Shown here piece after piece: positions 49,132-58,947 of a stretch of 64,000 nucleotides of DNA. Made by a program: the position numbers and the translations under genes. Position 1 is the first letter of the stretch. Every line of letters starts with the position of its first letter. This stretch comes from an uncultured Candidatus Saccharibacteria bacterium (GTDB lineage Bacteria; Patescibacteriota; Minisyncoccia; Phycocordibacterales; UBA9973): NCBI GenBank assembly GCA_964397435.1, contig CAYNHU010000006.1, positions 344-64,343 on the forward strand. Direction: 5' to 3'. The notes below the pieces were generated by a model. The model saw only the letters and a program-made list of their open reading frames with translations, did not search any database and was not told the DNA's origin.

Positions 49132-49519
49132 AGGACGGTAATAATTCTTTAACTTTGTTGATTATAATTTTGAATTGATAGGGTGATATCTTGCGGATGT
49201 GTCGCAGTAATCTTTTAGAGCTAATAAGCCTTAGTTGCGACAAAATAAGAGTTGAAGCAGTATTTTTATAATAAATTGTATAATAATACTCTCCACTTTT
49301 TATTTTTGACGTTAGCGGTAGAACCCAGCATAACTTCTTATTAAATTTTCTCAAGATAAGCACTGGTCTTTCAAAATTATTGTTTTTACCATCCTGTTCG
49401 TTTCCTAGATTTAGACCAATTGAACACCACCAAATTTCTCTTTCATGGAAAGAAAGTGTCTCGTGGCCTAACTCTTCAAGTTTTGATTTTTGTGTAAACC
49501 AGAGTTTGTAGTTTTTCAT
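49130..49519 (-). CDS. PemK/MazF-like toxin, no adjacent protein antitoxin
   Basis: EIWW, N.G.EQDG, RPVLI, PLTS, SQLRLISSKRL; AT-rich. Confidence 0.85.
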   Translation of the reverse strand: MKNYKLWFTQKSKLEELGHETLSFHEREIWWCSIGLNLGNEQDGKNNNFERPVLILRKFNKKLCWVLPLTSKIKSGEYYYTIYYKNTASTLILSQLRLISSKRLLRHIRKISPYQFKIIINKVKELLPS

Positions 49520-49575
49520 ACACAAATGTAAATTACTACAGTAGTATGAAATAGTTCTGAAATCTATTAAGATAC

Positions 49576-50307
49576 ATGTACATGCAAGATGTCATAAAAA
49601 TCTATAAAAACATGGGCGAAACTCCGCTTGAAGCGCTCGAGCGTGTTCGTCAGGAGCGAGCTATTCCCGAAACTGTGCCCATGACTTATGCCGGACGTCT
49701 TGATCCGCTGGTTGAAGGCGAGCTCTTGGTGTTAGTTGGTGAGGAATGTAAGCAAAAAGAGCAGTACACCAATTTACCTAAAACATACGAATTTGAAATT
49801 CTTGCTGGTGTGAGCACTGATACATATGACTTGCTCGGCTTAGTGACTGAAACTGATTTTAAAAAAACACTTACACCCGAACAGGTGCAAGCGTTTTTAG
49901 AAGCGTATATTGGAACACAGATTCAGTCGTATCCACCATACTCATCAAAGACAGTCGACGGAAAACAGCTACATCAACATGCGCGTGAAGGGAATACGCC
50001 ACATGTTCAACATGAAGTTGCGCTTACTGCATACGAGTATCTTGGAGAGCGAACGATGCCAATAGCTGATATGTTACAGACAACACTTGAACGAATACAA
50101 CTTGTGCATGGAGATTTTCGACAAGACGTAATTTCAGCCGCATGGAAAGCGTGTTTAGAAAACAACACACAACATGAAGTATGCATCACACGATGGCGCG
50201 TTCATGTTTCGTCAGGATTTTATATTCGACAGTTGGTACACGATATCGGAACACATTATAGTGTTCCAACTGTAACGTTTCATATCAAACGAACCAAGAT
50301 TGGCTAG
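49576..50307 (+). CDS. truB: TruB-like tRNA pseudouridine synthase, lacking C-terminal PUA domain
   Basis: AGRLDP, K.Y, TDTYD, Q.YPPYSS, SSGFYIR. Confidence 0.85.
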   Translation: MYMQDVIKIYKNMGETPLEALERVRQERAIPETVPMTYAGRLDPLVEGELLVLVGEECKQKEQYTNLPKTYEFEILAGVSTDTYDLLGLVTETDFKKTLTPEQVQAFLEAYIGTQIQSYPPYSSKTVDGKQLHQHAREGNTPHVQHEVALTAYEYLGERTMPIADMLQTTLERIQLVHGDFRQDVISAAWKACLENNTQHEVCITRWRVHVSSGFYIRQLVHDIGTHYSVPTVTFHIKRTKIG

Positions 50308-50315
50308 CGACGCCG

Positions 50316-51656
50316 TTATCCAATCAATATTTTTGTGCGCTCAACAAGATTGTCGATTCGTTCAGCAGTTTTTGCTTCACCAATCAAACGAACAAGCGGT
50401 TCTGTATTTGAAGCACGCAAATGAATCCATGCGCCATCCATAAAATCAAGACGAAGTCCATCAGTAAAATCTGGATGCGCGTCAGGAAATTCTGCTTCCA
50501 TTTTTTCAAACAGTTCAGTGATGTCTCCGCTGTATCCAAACTTATGCTTTCGCATTTCAAATGTTGGCAGTGATGCAACAATCTCTGAGAGAGAGGTGTT
50601 TTCTTGAGCAAGTAGTTCGAGAATAAGCGCCATACCCGTGAGAGAATCGCGACATGGATTGATTGCAGGGTAGATGACTCCACCGCCACCTTCACCACCG
50701 ATGACTGCGTTGTGTTTGAGAATTCCTTCTACAACATTTGATTCACCAACTTTGGTACGAAATGTTTCACCACCAAATGACTTTGCGAGAGCTTCGTTCG
50801 TTGTTGATGTAGACATGTTAATCACAATGTCACCAGCTTGTTTGGTAAGTGCTGCCTTGATCGCGAGTGAGAGTGTGTATTCTTCAAAAATGACCTGACC
50901 GTGTTCGTTACAGATGACTAAGCGGTCGGCGTCAGGATCCTGCGCGAAGCCCACGTGGGCGCCGACCGCTTGTACTGTTTCCCCGAGTTGCTTTAGATTT
51001 TCAGGAAGTGGTTCAGGCATGTGTGCGAACTGTCCGTTTGGTTCACCATTGATAATGACGACATCGCAGCCAAGTTCACGGAGCAGTTGTGGTCCGAGTA
51101 CTGCGCCAGCGCTATTGATTGGATCGAGTACTACTTTGAATTTTTTCTGAGCGATTATTTCACGATCGATTTTAGAAAGTATGTGTGCAACATGTTTTTG
51201 TCCAAGTGTTTCGTCGGTCGTAATACTGCCATTTGTGTGTGATGACTGCACTGTGTGTGGCGTGTCGAGATATGTTTTCATTTCCGCAATATCTGCTTCG
51301 GTTGTGAACATGCCGCGAGCGGTAACAAATTTGAGACCATTATATTGTGGTGGATTGTGTGAAGCAGTTACGATGATTGCTCCATCAAAGTGCATATCAC
51401 GTACGAGGAATAATACTGTTGGAGTAGGGAGGAGGCCACCGATAGTAACTTCAAAACCAGCTTGTTCAAGTGTTCGAGCGACTGTTGCTACCAGTTCATT
51501 TCCAGATGGACGAGCATCTCGGCCAATTAAAATACGCTTACCATTTCGAGTGTGAATAAACGCAGCAAACGCGTTGGTAAAACGTTCTGCGATAGATACC
51601 GTGAGGCTTTCGCCCCAAATGCCGCGATAACCGGCAACAGTCAATTGTGGTTGCAT
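50316..51656 (-). CDS. Phosphohexomutase (GlmM/PMM/PGM family)
   Basis: GRDARPS, TASHNP, DPDADR, RASNTEP. Start revised. Confidence 0.93.
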   Translation of the reverse strand: MQPQLTVAGYRGIWGESLTVSIAERFTNAFAAFIHTRNGKRILIGRDARPSGNELVATVARTLEQAGFEVTIGGLLPTPTVLFLVRDMHFDGAIIVTASHNPPQYNGLKFVTARGMFTTEADIAEMKTYLDTPHTVQSSHTNGSITTDETLGQKHVAHILSKIDREIIAQKKFKVVLDPINSAGAVLGPQLLRELGCDVVIINGEPNGQFAHMPEPLPENLKQLGETVQAVGAHVGFAQDPDADRLVICNEHGQVIFEEYTLSLAIKAALTKQAGDIVINMSTSTTNEALAKSFGGETFRTKVGESNVVEGILKHNAVIGGEGGGGVIYPAINPCRDSLTGMALILELLAQENTSLSEIVASLPTFEMRKHKFGYSGDITELFEKMEAEFPDAHPDFTDGLRLDFMDGAWIHLRASNTEPLVRLIGEAKTAERIDNLVERTKILIG

Positions 51657-51713
51657 GGGCTGATTATACAGTAAATTATGCAAGCTATCGAGTGAATATG
51701 CTATAGTAGCTTC

Positions 51714-52157
51714 GTGGCAAATTATGTCGAAAACACAAAAGCGCGTTTCAATTATGAAATCCTCGATGACTACGAAGGCGGCATTGAGCTTCTTGGAACT
51801 GAAGTAAAGTCTATTCGCCAAGGGCAGGGACGTATTGATAGTGCGCACGTGATTGTTCGAGGGAATGAAGTGTTTGTCATGGGCATGGATATTCCACCGT
51901 ACCAAAAACTCAATGTTGGTCCGGCGTATGATCCTATGCGTACTCGCAAACTATTGCTCACCAAAAAAGAAATCAAAAAGCTCGCTGATCTCGAGAAAGG
52001 ATTGACTATTGTGCCACTTTCGTTGTACAATAAAGGTACCAAAATCAAGATTAAAATCGCTGTCGTAAAAGGTAAAAAGAAGTTCGATAAGCGTGCGACA
52101 ATCAAAGACCGTGAGACCGATCGTGAAGTGCATCGAGTCATCAAACGCGGTCGCTAG
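51714..52157 (+). CDS. smpB: SsrA-binding protein
   Basis: GIELLGTEVKSIR, RTRKLLL, GKKKFDKR. Confidence 0.97.
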   Translation: MANYVENTKARFNYEILDDYEGGIELLGTEVKSIRQGQGRIDSAHVIVRGNEVFVMGMDIPPYQKLNVGPAYDPMRTRKLLLTKKEIKKLADLEKGLTIVPLSLYNKGTKIKIKIAVVKGKKKFDKRATIKDRETDREVHRVIKRGR

Positions 52158-52243
52158 TGTACAAGCATGTCTTTACACAGGGGTGAATAATTCGTTATTT
52201 GCCCCTGTGTGCAGAGATGCACGATTCATTGTTATGTGAATAT

Positions 52244-52628
52244 GGGACTGCAAGGCATCGACAGAGAGTCGTTTATGTCATGTGCGTGCCGAGTATGCAC
52301 GGAAGCTCGTGATGTTCGTGTAAACCTCAAATGCAAAAACTGCATTTACAAAGTCTCCTTACTTTGCGTTCGGAGATTTTGCTCCAGCTCTCGCTTAAGC
52401 GACACCTGGATGTTCGCGTTGTTCTTCTCTAGAGACAACAGTCGGACATTATACATCTAGAGATAGGGAGGTGCGTCGTCTCGCGTACAGCCCAAAATTA
52501 ATCGAGAATCGATCAGGACGTATTTTGTTTGTTTCATAGCGTACTGGTTTAAATCCTCGAAATAATCTACGCCCGTAGATGCATGCCGTATTCCTCTTTG
52601 CACGGCGGTTCAACTCCGCCCAGTTCCA
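52244..52628 (+). ncRNA. ssrA: tmRNA
   Basis: Acceptor GGGACTG/CAGTTCC-A with G3.U pair; T arm GGCGG-TTCAACT-CCGCC; tag ORF 52333-52398 AKTAFTKSPYFAFGDFAPALA*; directly after smpB. Confidence 0.93.
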
Positions 52629-52645
52629 CAATGTAAAACCACCGC

Positions 52646-53206
52646 TTAGTTGCGGTGGTTTTCTAATTCCTGTTTAAGTTCATGAAGGTTGGTGTAGACG
52701 ATACCATGCATTCCGCTCTCGCGTGCAGCATCGATATTCCGCGGATTGTCATCAACAAAAACGATATCGTTCGCTTTGACATCAGCGTCTTTGATTGCGA
52801 TTGCATATATTTGTGGATTAGGTTTGACCACTCCGTAATCTGACGAGATGATGACAGTATCAAATATATCTAAATAATTTGTAAACAAATGTTCAATTAA
52901 ACTTCGCGCGGCGTTCGTGAGCAATCCGATTTTGTAATTCGGTTTGAGTTCTGTTTGTATGTATGCGATGAGTTGCTGATTGAGTTCGATGCCGCCATCA
53001 ATTTCTTGTGAAAGCGCGTGCTCTGAAACACCAGAATATTTTGCAAGTTCACCGATAAACACATGTTCTGGTAATTCACCGAGGTCGACGCGATCGATTT
53101 TTTGTTCCCACTGGGGGCGTTCATGTTCTGGCACGTATTTGGTCACAACAGGCTTGTATGCAGGTGTTGAAAGGACATTAAAAAAGTCGAAATAGATCAT
53201 ATTCAT
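52646..53206 (-). CDS. HAD family phosphatase
   Basis: FDFFNVL, LLTN, KP.P.IY, FVDDNPRN. Start revised. Confidence 0.88.
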   Translation of the reverse strand: MNMIYFDFFNVLSTPAYKPVVTKYVPEHERPQWEQKIDRVDLGELPEHVFIGELAKYSGVSEHALSQEIDGGIELNQQLIAYIQTELKPNYKIGLLTNAARSLIEHLFTNYLDIFDTVIISSDYGVVKPNPQIYAIAIKDADVKANDIVFVDDNPRNIDAARESGMHGIVYTNLHELKQELENHRN

Positions 53207-53282
53207 ACACCGTAGTCTAGCATAGATTGGGCTGGTTCGGGGACGGGATTTTTTGTCCTTTTTCGTGTATAATGACCCCACG

Positions 53283-55208
53283 ATGTCAAATAAATCAGAA
53301 AACAAAAAACCCCTTGAAAAAATAAAGGAAAAAGCACAACTTCCCAAGGGAAAAGGTCCAAAATTCTCAAACCAGTTCCTCTGGACAATCTTTTTCTTGA
53401 TGCTGGTTGTTGCCGCATATTCGGGTTTTTTTGCAACCCAAAAACCTGTTGCTGATATTTCACTTTCACAGCTTGCTGCGCAGGTAACTGCAGGTAACGT
53501 TAAGGAAATCGTCGTGTCAGGTAATGACCTTGCGATTACACTTGCTGACGACAGTTTGGCGCAGGCAAAAAAGGAAACAGAAGCAAGTCTTTCTGAATCA
53601 CTCAAAAACTATGGCGTAGATCCTACTAAAGTCGCTGGTACTAATATTGTCATCAAAAGCGAATCAGGATTCTTGTATTGGGTACTCAATTTGTTACCGA
53701 TTCTTCTCCCTGTTATCCTCGTTGGTATTTTGATTTGGATGTTGTTTCGTCAGATGAAGGGCGCTGGCGTACAGGCATTTACTTTTGGACAATCAAAAGC
53801 AAAAATCACTGATCCTAATGACAAAAACAATCGCGTCACCTTCAAAGATATCGCTGGTGCGAAAGAAGCAAAACAAGAACTCGCAGAAATCGTAGACTTT
53901 TTGAAAAATCCGAAAAAATTCTTGGACATTGGTGCGCGTATTCCGAAAGGCGTACTCCTTACTGGTTCACCAGGTACAGGTAAAACATTGCTTGCTCGCG
54001 CAGTAGCAGGGGAAGCAGGTGTGCCATTTTTTCATCTCTCAGGTTCTGAATTCGTAGAAATGTTTGTTGGTGTTGGTGCATCACGCGTGCGTGATCTATT
54101 TGATATGGCTAAAAAAGCGTCACCAGCAATTATCTTCATTGATGAAATTGATGCTGTCGGCCGAGTTCGTGGTACTGGTGTTGGTGGCGGAAACGATGAA
54201 CGTGAACAGACATTGAACCAGATTCTCGTTGAAATGGATGGCTTCGAACCAAACGAAAAAGTAATTGTCATGGCAGCGACTAACCGAAATGATGTGCTCG
54301 ATCCAGCGCTCCTTCGTCCAGGCCGTTTCGATCGTCGGGTGATGCTCGACCTCCCAGATCGTCATGATCGTGAAGAGATTTTGAAAATCCACGCTCGCAA
54401 GAAGCCACTCGCCGAAGATGTAAACCTCACTATCATTGCAGAACGAACTCCAGGTTTCTCAGGTGCTGATTTGTACTCAATTATGAACGAAGGTGCGATT
54501 CTCGCTGCTCGCGAAGAACGTAAAATCATTGGTCAGTTTGATCTCATTCGCTCAATCGAAAAAGTAATGATGGGTCCAGAACGCAAGAGCCATCTCATGA
54601 GTCCGCTCGAAAAGAAAATTACTGCGTACCATGAAGCTGGGCATGCGCTCGTTGCATCAGTGCTCCCGCATGCTGACCCTGTGCACAAAGTTTCAATTGT
54701 TGCACGTGGACGTGCCGGTGGTTACACGCTCAAACTTCCACTCGAAGATCGCAAACTCCAATCAAAGAAAGAATTCATGGATGATATCGCAATGTCACTC
54801 GGTGGCTACGTTGCCGAAGAAACTATTTTCGGAGATATTACAACTGGTCCTTCAAACGACCTCCAAGTTGCAACGTCACTCGCACGTGCGATGGTTACCC
54901 GCTGGGGTATGAGTGATACGATTGGCCCCGTTGCTCTCGAATCAGATGGCGGACGCACGATGTTTGGTCGCGGTGTCGAAGATCGAGACTACTCAGAAGC
55001 AAAGTCAGCTGAGATTGATGCTGAAGTCGCAAAGATTATGCAGCACGGTTTCACACAGGCTCGTACTGTTATCAACGAATACCGAAAGACACTCGACGCA
55101 ATTGCTGAAAAATTGATCGAAGTTGAAACGCTTGAACAAGCTGATTACGAAGACATCATCAAGGCACACGGAATCAAGTTAAAGAAAAAGGAGACAGCGA
55201 CAGTCTAA
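53283..55208 (+). CDS. ftsH: ATP-dependent zinc metalloprotease FtsH
   Basis: Two TM segments, [26 protein letters not shown]. Confidence 0.98.
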   Translation: MSNKSENKKPLEKIKEKAQLPKGKGPKFSNQFLWTIFFLMLVVAAYSGFFATQKPVADISLSQLAAQVTAGNVKEIVVSGNDLAITLADDSLAQAKKETEASLSESLKNYGVDPTKVAGTNIVIKSESGFLYWVLNLLPILLPVILVGILIWMLFRQMKGAGVQAFTFGQSKAKITDPNDKNNRVTFKDIAGAKEAKQELAEIVDFLKNPKKFLDIGARIPKGVLLTGSPGTGKTLLARAVAGEAGVPFFHLSGSEFVEMFVGVGASRVRDLFDMAKKASPAIIFIDEIDAVGRVRGTGVGGGNDEREQTLNQILVEMDGFEPNEKVIVMAATNRNDVLDPALLRPGRFDRRVMLDLPDRHDREEILKIHARKKPLAEDVNLTIIAERTPGFSGADLYSIMNEGAILAAREERKIIGQFDLIRSIEKVMMGPERKSHLMSPLEKKITAYHEAGHALVASVLPHADPVHKVSIVARGRAGGYTLKLPLEDRKLQSKKEFMDDIAMSLGGYVAEETIFGDITTGPSNDLQVATSLARAMVTRWGMSDTIGPVALESDGGRTMFGRGVEDRDYSEAKSAEIDAEVAKIMQHGFTQARTVINEYRKTLDAIAEKLIEVETLEQADYEDIIKAHGIKLKKKETATV

Positions 55209-55213
55209 TACAC

Positions 55214-55239
55214 AAAAGCCCCGAAAGGGGCTTTTTTTT
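55214..55239. terminator. Bidirectional terminator between ftsH and the tRNA
   Basis: AAAAGCCCC-GAAA-GGGGCTTTTTTTT. Confidence 0.88.
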
Positions 55240-55240
55240 G

Positions 55241-55314
55241 TCCACCCTCATGGATTCGAACCATGGACCCCAGAGGTATAAGCTCTGTGCTCTAACCAAC
55301 TGAGCTAAGGGTGG
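55241..55314 (-). tRNA. tRNA-Ile (anticodon TAT)
   Basis: CCACCCT TA GCTC AGTTGGTTA GAGC A CAGAG CT-TAT-AC CTCTG GGGTC CATGG TTCGAAT CCATG AGGGTGG A; CCA not encoded. Confidence 0.9.
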
Positions 55315-55451
55315 GATTGCGTTGGCTTTGGCATTGTAGCGTAAAAAACTTTAAATATAAAGCCCCTCGTCTGAGGCCATTTGACATATTTACAATATAA
55401 GTGTATAAAATATTTAATATTCACTAACAACTAAACAAGCCTTTTTGCACC

Positions 55452-56237
55452 ATGAGTAATTCGCTTTTATGCATCTTGTCCGAAGAGACAGGAGATTTCA
55501 GAACTATATGTTCCAAACTGGACCAATTACAAGGTCCAATTAAACCTCAACAGGTAAAGTATTTTTTTGACCTGATTCTTAACATTTCCGCAAAAATGCG
55601 GATGTTAGAACAACTGGTATACGGCAAGTTAAAAGCCGATATATCAGACAGGATGTTTGAAAAAATCTCACCTGAGAAGAAACAACTGTTGCTTGAGCAA
55701 TTGTCAGAAATGACGCAAGCACACGTTCCATCATCGGGGGGTAGTAAAAGAACAAAGACAACCCATTACGATTTGTTAGCTAACCTGTACGAAAGTATCG
55801 GGTATGGCCGTGCAGATCAGATAATCATCGAAGAGATGAGTAACGAAAACCAGTACTTTTTTGAATTGGCGATGATTGAGGCTGTCTTTCGTGCTGCAAA
55901 ACAAAAAACAAGTGTTGTGCTTTCGGTAATTCAATCGGTCCAATATATGGAGCCAACTATTATCGCAACAATGGAAAAATTGTTGTTAAAAATAGTTGAT
56001 GCCAATGGGCAGCCGTTGTTTACCGAACAAACATTACCTGAATACATTATTGAGCATAAAAACAAGGAATATTATGATAACCCAATACTGTTGAAATATT
56101 ATGACGACAGTAAGGTTCCAGGGTATGGCCGGGAAATCACTCACATTTTAAACGATGCATTTCGCCGTATTGGCGAATTGATGTTTGATGGTGAAACCTT
56201 AAAAACTCAGGAGCCTCATTTGGCTTCAGAAGGTTAA
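55452..56237 (+). CDS. Hypothetical helical protein, possibly heme-oxygenase-like fold
   Basis: 261 aa, AT-rich, own promoter TTGACA(55381)-17-TATAAA. Confidence 0.65.
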   Translation: MSNSLLCILSEETGDFRTICSKLDQLQGPIKPQQVKYFFDLILNISAKMRMLEQLVYGKLKADISDRMFEKISPEKKQLLLEQLSEMTQAHVPSSGGSKRTKTTHYDLLANLYESIGYGRADQIIIEEMSNENQYFFELAMIEAVFRAAKQKTSVVLSVIQSVQYMEPTIIATMEKLLLKIVDANGQPLFTEQTLPEYIIEHKNKEYYDNPILLKYYDDSKVPGYGREITHILNDAFRRIGELMFDGETLKTQEPHLASEG

Positions 56238-56269
56238 AAATAAACATATTACAACGCATAGTAAAACAC

Positions 56270-56300
56270 AAGTGCCGAAACCTAGGTTTCGGCACTTTTT
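56270..56300. terminator. Palindromic terminator
   Basis: AAGTGCCGAAACCTAGGTTTCGGCACTTTTT. Confidence 0.8.
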
Positions 56301-56303
56301 ATT

Positions 56304-58475
56304 TTATTCAAAATGCATTGTCTCGAGATGTCGTTCGGCGAGTGCGTTCTGCAATGCTCTGTGGTGTGTGAGAAGGGGATCATTCGCGATAATTGTTTGT
56401 GCCTCCTGTCGCGCAGCTTCCACCATTTTTATATTCTTGATTGCTTCCATGCCGAGGTCAGTCATACCCCATTGTTTTGTGCCTGCGAGTTCTCCTGCAC
56501 CACGAAGTGCGAGGTCGAGTTCCGCGAGCTCGAAACCGTTTTTTGCATTCTTGAATGCTTTCAATCGTTCTTTTGTCTTTTCTGATTTTGATTCAGCGAA
56601 TGCGAAACAGTACGCCTGATGTTCTCCTCGGATGACACGACCGCGAAGCTGGTGTAATTGTGAAAGTCCAAAACGTTCAGCTCCTTCGATGATGATGAGT
56701 GTTGCATTTGGTACGTTCACACCAACTTCGACAACTGACGTTGCGACAAGGATATCAATGGTGCCGTCAGCGAACTGACCCATGACGTATTCTTTATCTT
56801 CCTTTTTCATTTTTGAGTGAAGGATGCCAATGGTTTTGTCAGGGAACACATCTCGTTCAAGTCGTGCTGCTTCGGCAGTGACTGATTTGAGATTGAGTGC
56901 TGTTTCTTGTGCTGGATCTGGTTCATCGATGCGAGGACAGATGACATACAGTTGCCGGCCTTGAGCCATTTCTTTTTTGATGAGTTCATACGCTGCTTCT
57001 CGCTTATCCGGCAACACAATTTCAGTAATAATTGGTTTACGTCCGCTTGGCATTTGATCAAGCACGGTCAAATCAAGGTCACCGTAAATAGTAAGGGCGA
57101 GCGTTCGGGGGATTGGTGTTGCTGTCATTGAGAGATAGTGCGGAGCAAAACCTTCTTTTTTTGCGAGTTTGGCACGTTGGAGTGCACCGAATCGGTGTTG
57201 TTCGTCGATGATGACGAGTGCGAGATCTTTGAATTTTACGCTTTTTTGAATGAGTGCGTGTGTGCCAATGACGATAGGAATTTCGCCATTTTCAATCCAC
57301 TTCAAAAGTTGTGGACGTGAAATGTTTGTCCAGTTGTTTGTCTGTGATGCAACTTTTGAAGGGAACTTGCGGCAACCACTTCCTGTAAGCAAACCAATTT
57401 GAATACCGGTGTGAGTAAAATATTTAATGAAGTTTTCAAAATGTTGCGCAGCCAAGATTTCGGTTGGCGCCATGTAGGCAACTTGCAGTGCGCCAAAGTT
57501 TTGACCGCGTGGACGGTTTTTGATTGCCATGTACGCCGCAGTTGCTGCAACTGCAGTTTTGCCCGAACCTACATCGCCTTCGAGTAATCGAGCCATCGGA
57601 TGCGGTTCAGCCATAGTTGTTTTGAGTAATTCAATTGCTGTACTCTGAGCGTTTGTTGGTTTAAATGGAAAACGACCAATGAAATCTTGCATGTCTTTGT
57701 CGTTGGTTTCGATGATATAGGATTTGTTTTGTTCGTAGTCGTGTCGTTCCTGCTGACGTTTAAGCTGAATGAAAAAAACTTCTTCAAAAGCAAAACGTTT
57801 CTTTGCAGCGGACGCATCATTTTCATTGTGCGGTGTATGTATCCAGACGAGGGCAGTGTTGATGGTTGGTAGTTTGTATCTTGCAAGTAATTCCTCTGGT
57901 AAATATTCAGGAATCTCTTGCACGAGACCACTTTTGAAAATACGTTTGATGGTGTGATAGATCCAACGAGAAGTTATGCCTTTAGTTTCAGGATATACAG
58001 GAAAACCAAATACTGACGCCGCTGCATCGTCTTCGGCGAACAGAGAATCATGACTATCAATCGGCATAACCGCGTTTGTTTCGATTTCTGGATTTGAAAA
58101 ATACAGCCCTTGCTTGCCGCTGGTTACTTTGCCTGTCAGTGCAACGGTTTGACCGTCGTGCACCAACTTTGCCATGTAGGCTTGATGAAACCAGAGAATT
58201 TTAATTGAGCCACTCAAGTCTTCGATGGTAGCTTCACTCATTGGTATTTTCGTTTTGAATGATTTTTTTGTTTTGATACCGCGAATAGTTCCATAGACAG
58301 TCGCTGTTTCGCCAGCAACAAGATCTCTGATGTGTTTGATGTCACTAATGTGTGAGTAGCGAGTGGGGAAGTAATAGATGAGGTCTCGGACAGTTTCAAG
58401 ACCAAGTCGCTTGAGGGCCGCTTTCTGAGTGCTGTCGATTTTGGTTACTTTGTCGAGTGGCGTTCCGAGGTCCAT
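56304..58475 (-). CDS. recG: ATP-dependent DNA helicase RecG
   Basis: GDVGSGKT, PTEILA, DEQHRFG, TATPIPRT, QLRGRV. Start revised. Confidence 0.97.
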   Translation of the reverse strand: MDLGTPLDKVTKIDSTQKAALKRLGLETVRDLIYYFPTRYSHISDIKHIRDLVAGETATVYGTIRGIKTKKSFKTKIPMSEATIEDLSGSIKILWFHQAYMAKLVHDGQTVALTGKVTSGKQGLYFSNPEIETNAVMPIDSHDSLFAEDDAAASVFGFPVYPETKGITSRWIYHTIKRIFKSGLVQEIPEYLPEELLARYKLPTINTALVWIHTPHNENDASAAKKRFAFEEVFFIQLKRQQERHDYEQNKSYIIETNDKDMQDFIGRFPFKPTNAQSTAIELLKTTMAEPHPMARLLEGDVGSGKTAVAATAAYMAIKNRPRGQNFGALQVAYMAPTEILAAQHFENFIKYFTHTGIQIGLLTGSGCRKFPSKVASQTNNWTNISRPQLLKWIENGEIPIVIGTHALIQKSVKFKDLALVIIDEQHRFGALQRAKLAKKEGFAPHYLSMTATPIPRTLALTIYGDLDLTVLDQMPSGRKPIITEIVLPDKREAAYELIKKEMAQGRQLYVICPRIDEPDPAQETALNLKSVTAEAARLERDVFPDKTIGILHSKMKKEDKEYVMGQFADGTIDILVATSVVEVGVNVPNATLIIIEGAERFGLSQLHQLRGRVIRGEHQAYCFAFAESKSEKTKERLKAFKNAKNGFELAELDLALRGAGELAGTKQWGMTDLGMEAIKNIKMVEAARQEAQTIIANDPLLTHHRALQNALAERHLETMHFE

Positions 58476-58541
58476 ATCGGTCAGTATACCACAGAGCAAA
58501 AGCCGCCTCGTCGTACGACGAGGCGGCTTGTCTGCTGTCAA

Positions 58542-58913
58542 TTATTGACCAATGAGACTTTTGATTTTGTCCGCTAGTTCATCAAGCGTAAAGTTTGATT
58601 TAATCATGAAATCGGTTGCCCCGAGATCTTTTGCCTGCATGATATCTTTGTCTTCTGCGAGGTTTGAAAAGATGATGATTGGAGTTTGTACGAGTTTTGG
58701 ATTACCTCGGAATTTCTTCAAAAGATCAAAACCACTTGTACCAGGGAGGACGAGATCAAGCAATACAAAGTCAGGAGTGTCTGCCTCTACCTGTTTCTCA
58801 GCATCATCAGTAGTTGATGCTGTTGCTACTGTATAGCCTTCTTTGATGAGCTTGGTTGCTGCAAGTCCCTGAAGGAATGTGTCGTCTTCAACGATCAGAA
58901 TTTTCTTTGCCAT
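58542..58913 (-). CDS. Single-domain response regulator
   Basis: ILIVEDD, LLDLVLP, FSN, FMIK. Confidence 0.93.
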   Translation of the reverse strand: MAKKILIVEDDTFLQGLAATKLIKEGYTVATASTTDDAEKQVEADTPDFVLLDLVLPGTSGFDLLKKFRGNPKLVQTPIIIFSNLAEDKDIMQAKDLGATDFMIKSNFTLDELADKIKSLIGQ

Positions 58914-58947
58914 ATATGATAAGTATACTATACCTTCTACTATTCGA

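Noticed and set aside
52209-52631. ORFs 52209-52460 and 52449-52631
   Set aside because: They lie within the tmRNA gene.
52646-53605. Long N-terminal extensions in the ORF track (HAD, sod, phosphohexomutase, response regulator)
   Set aside because: They overlap neighbouring genes. Downstream ATGs match the family starts, most with a -10 box just upstream.
56270-58529. Loopless perfect palindromes (also 27032 and 47784) as a MITE/REP family or operator sites
   Set aside because: The sequences are unrelated to each other and all sit at gene 3' ends with A/T flanks, so terminators explain them.
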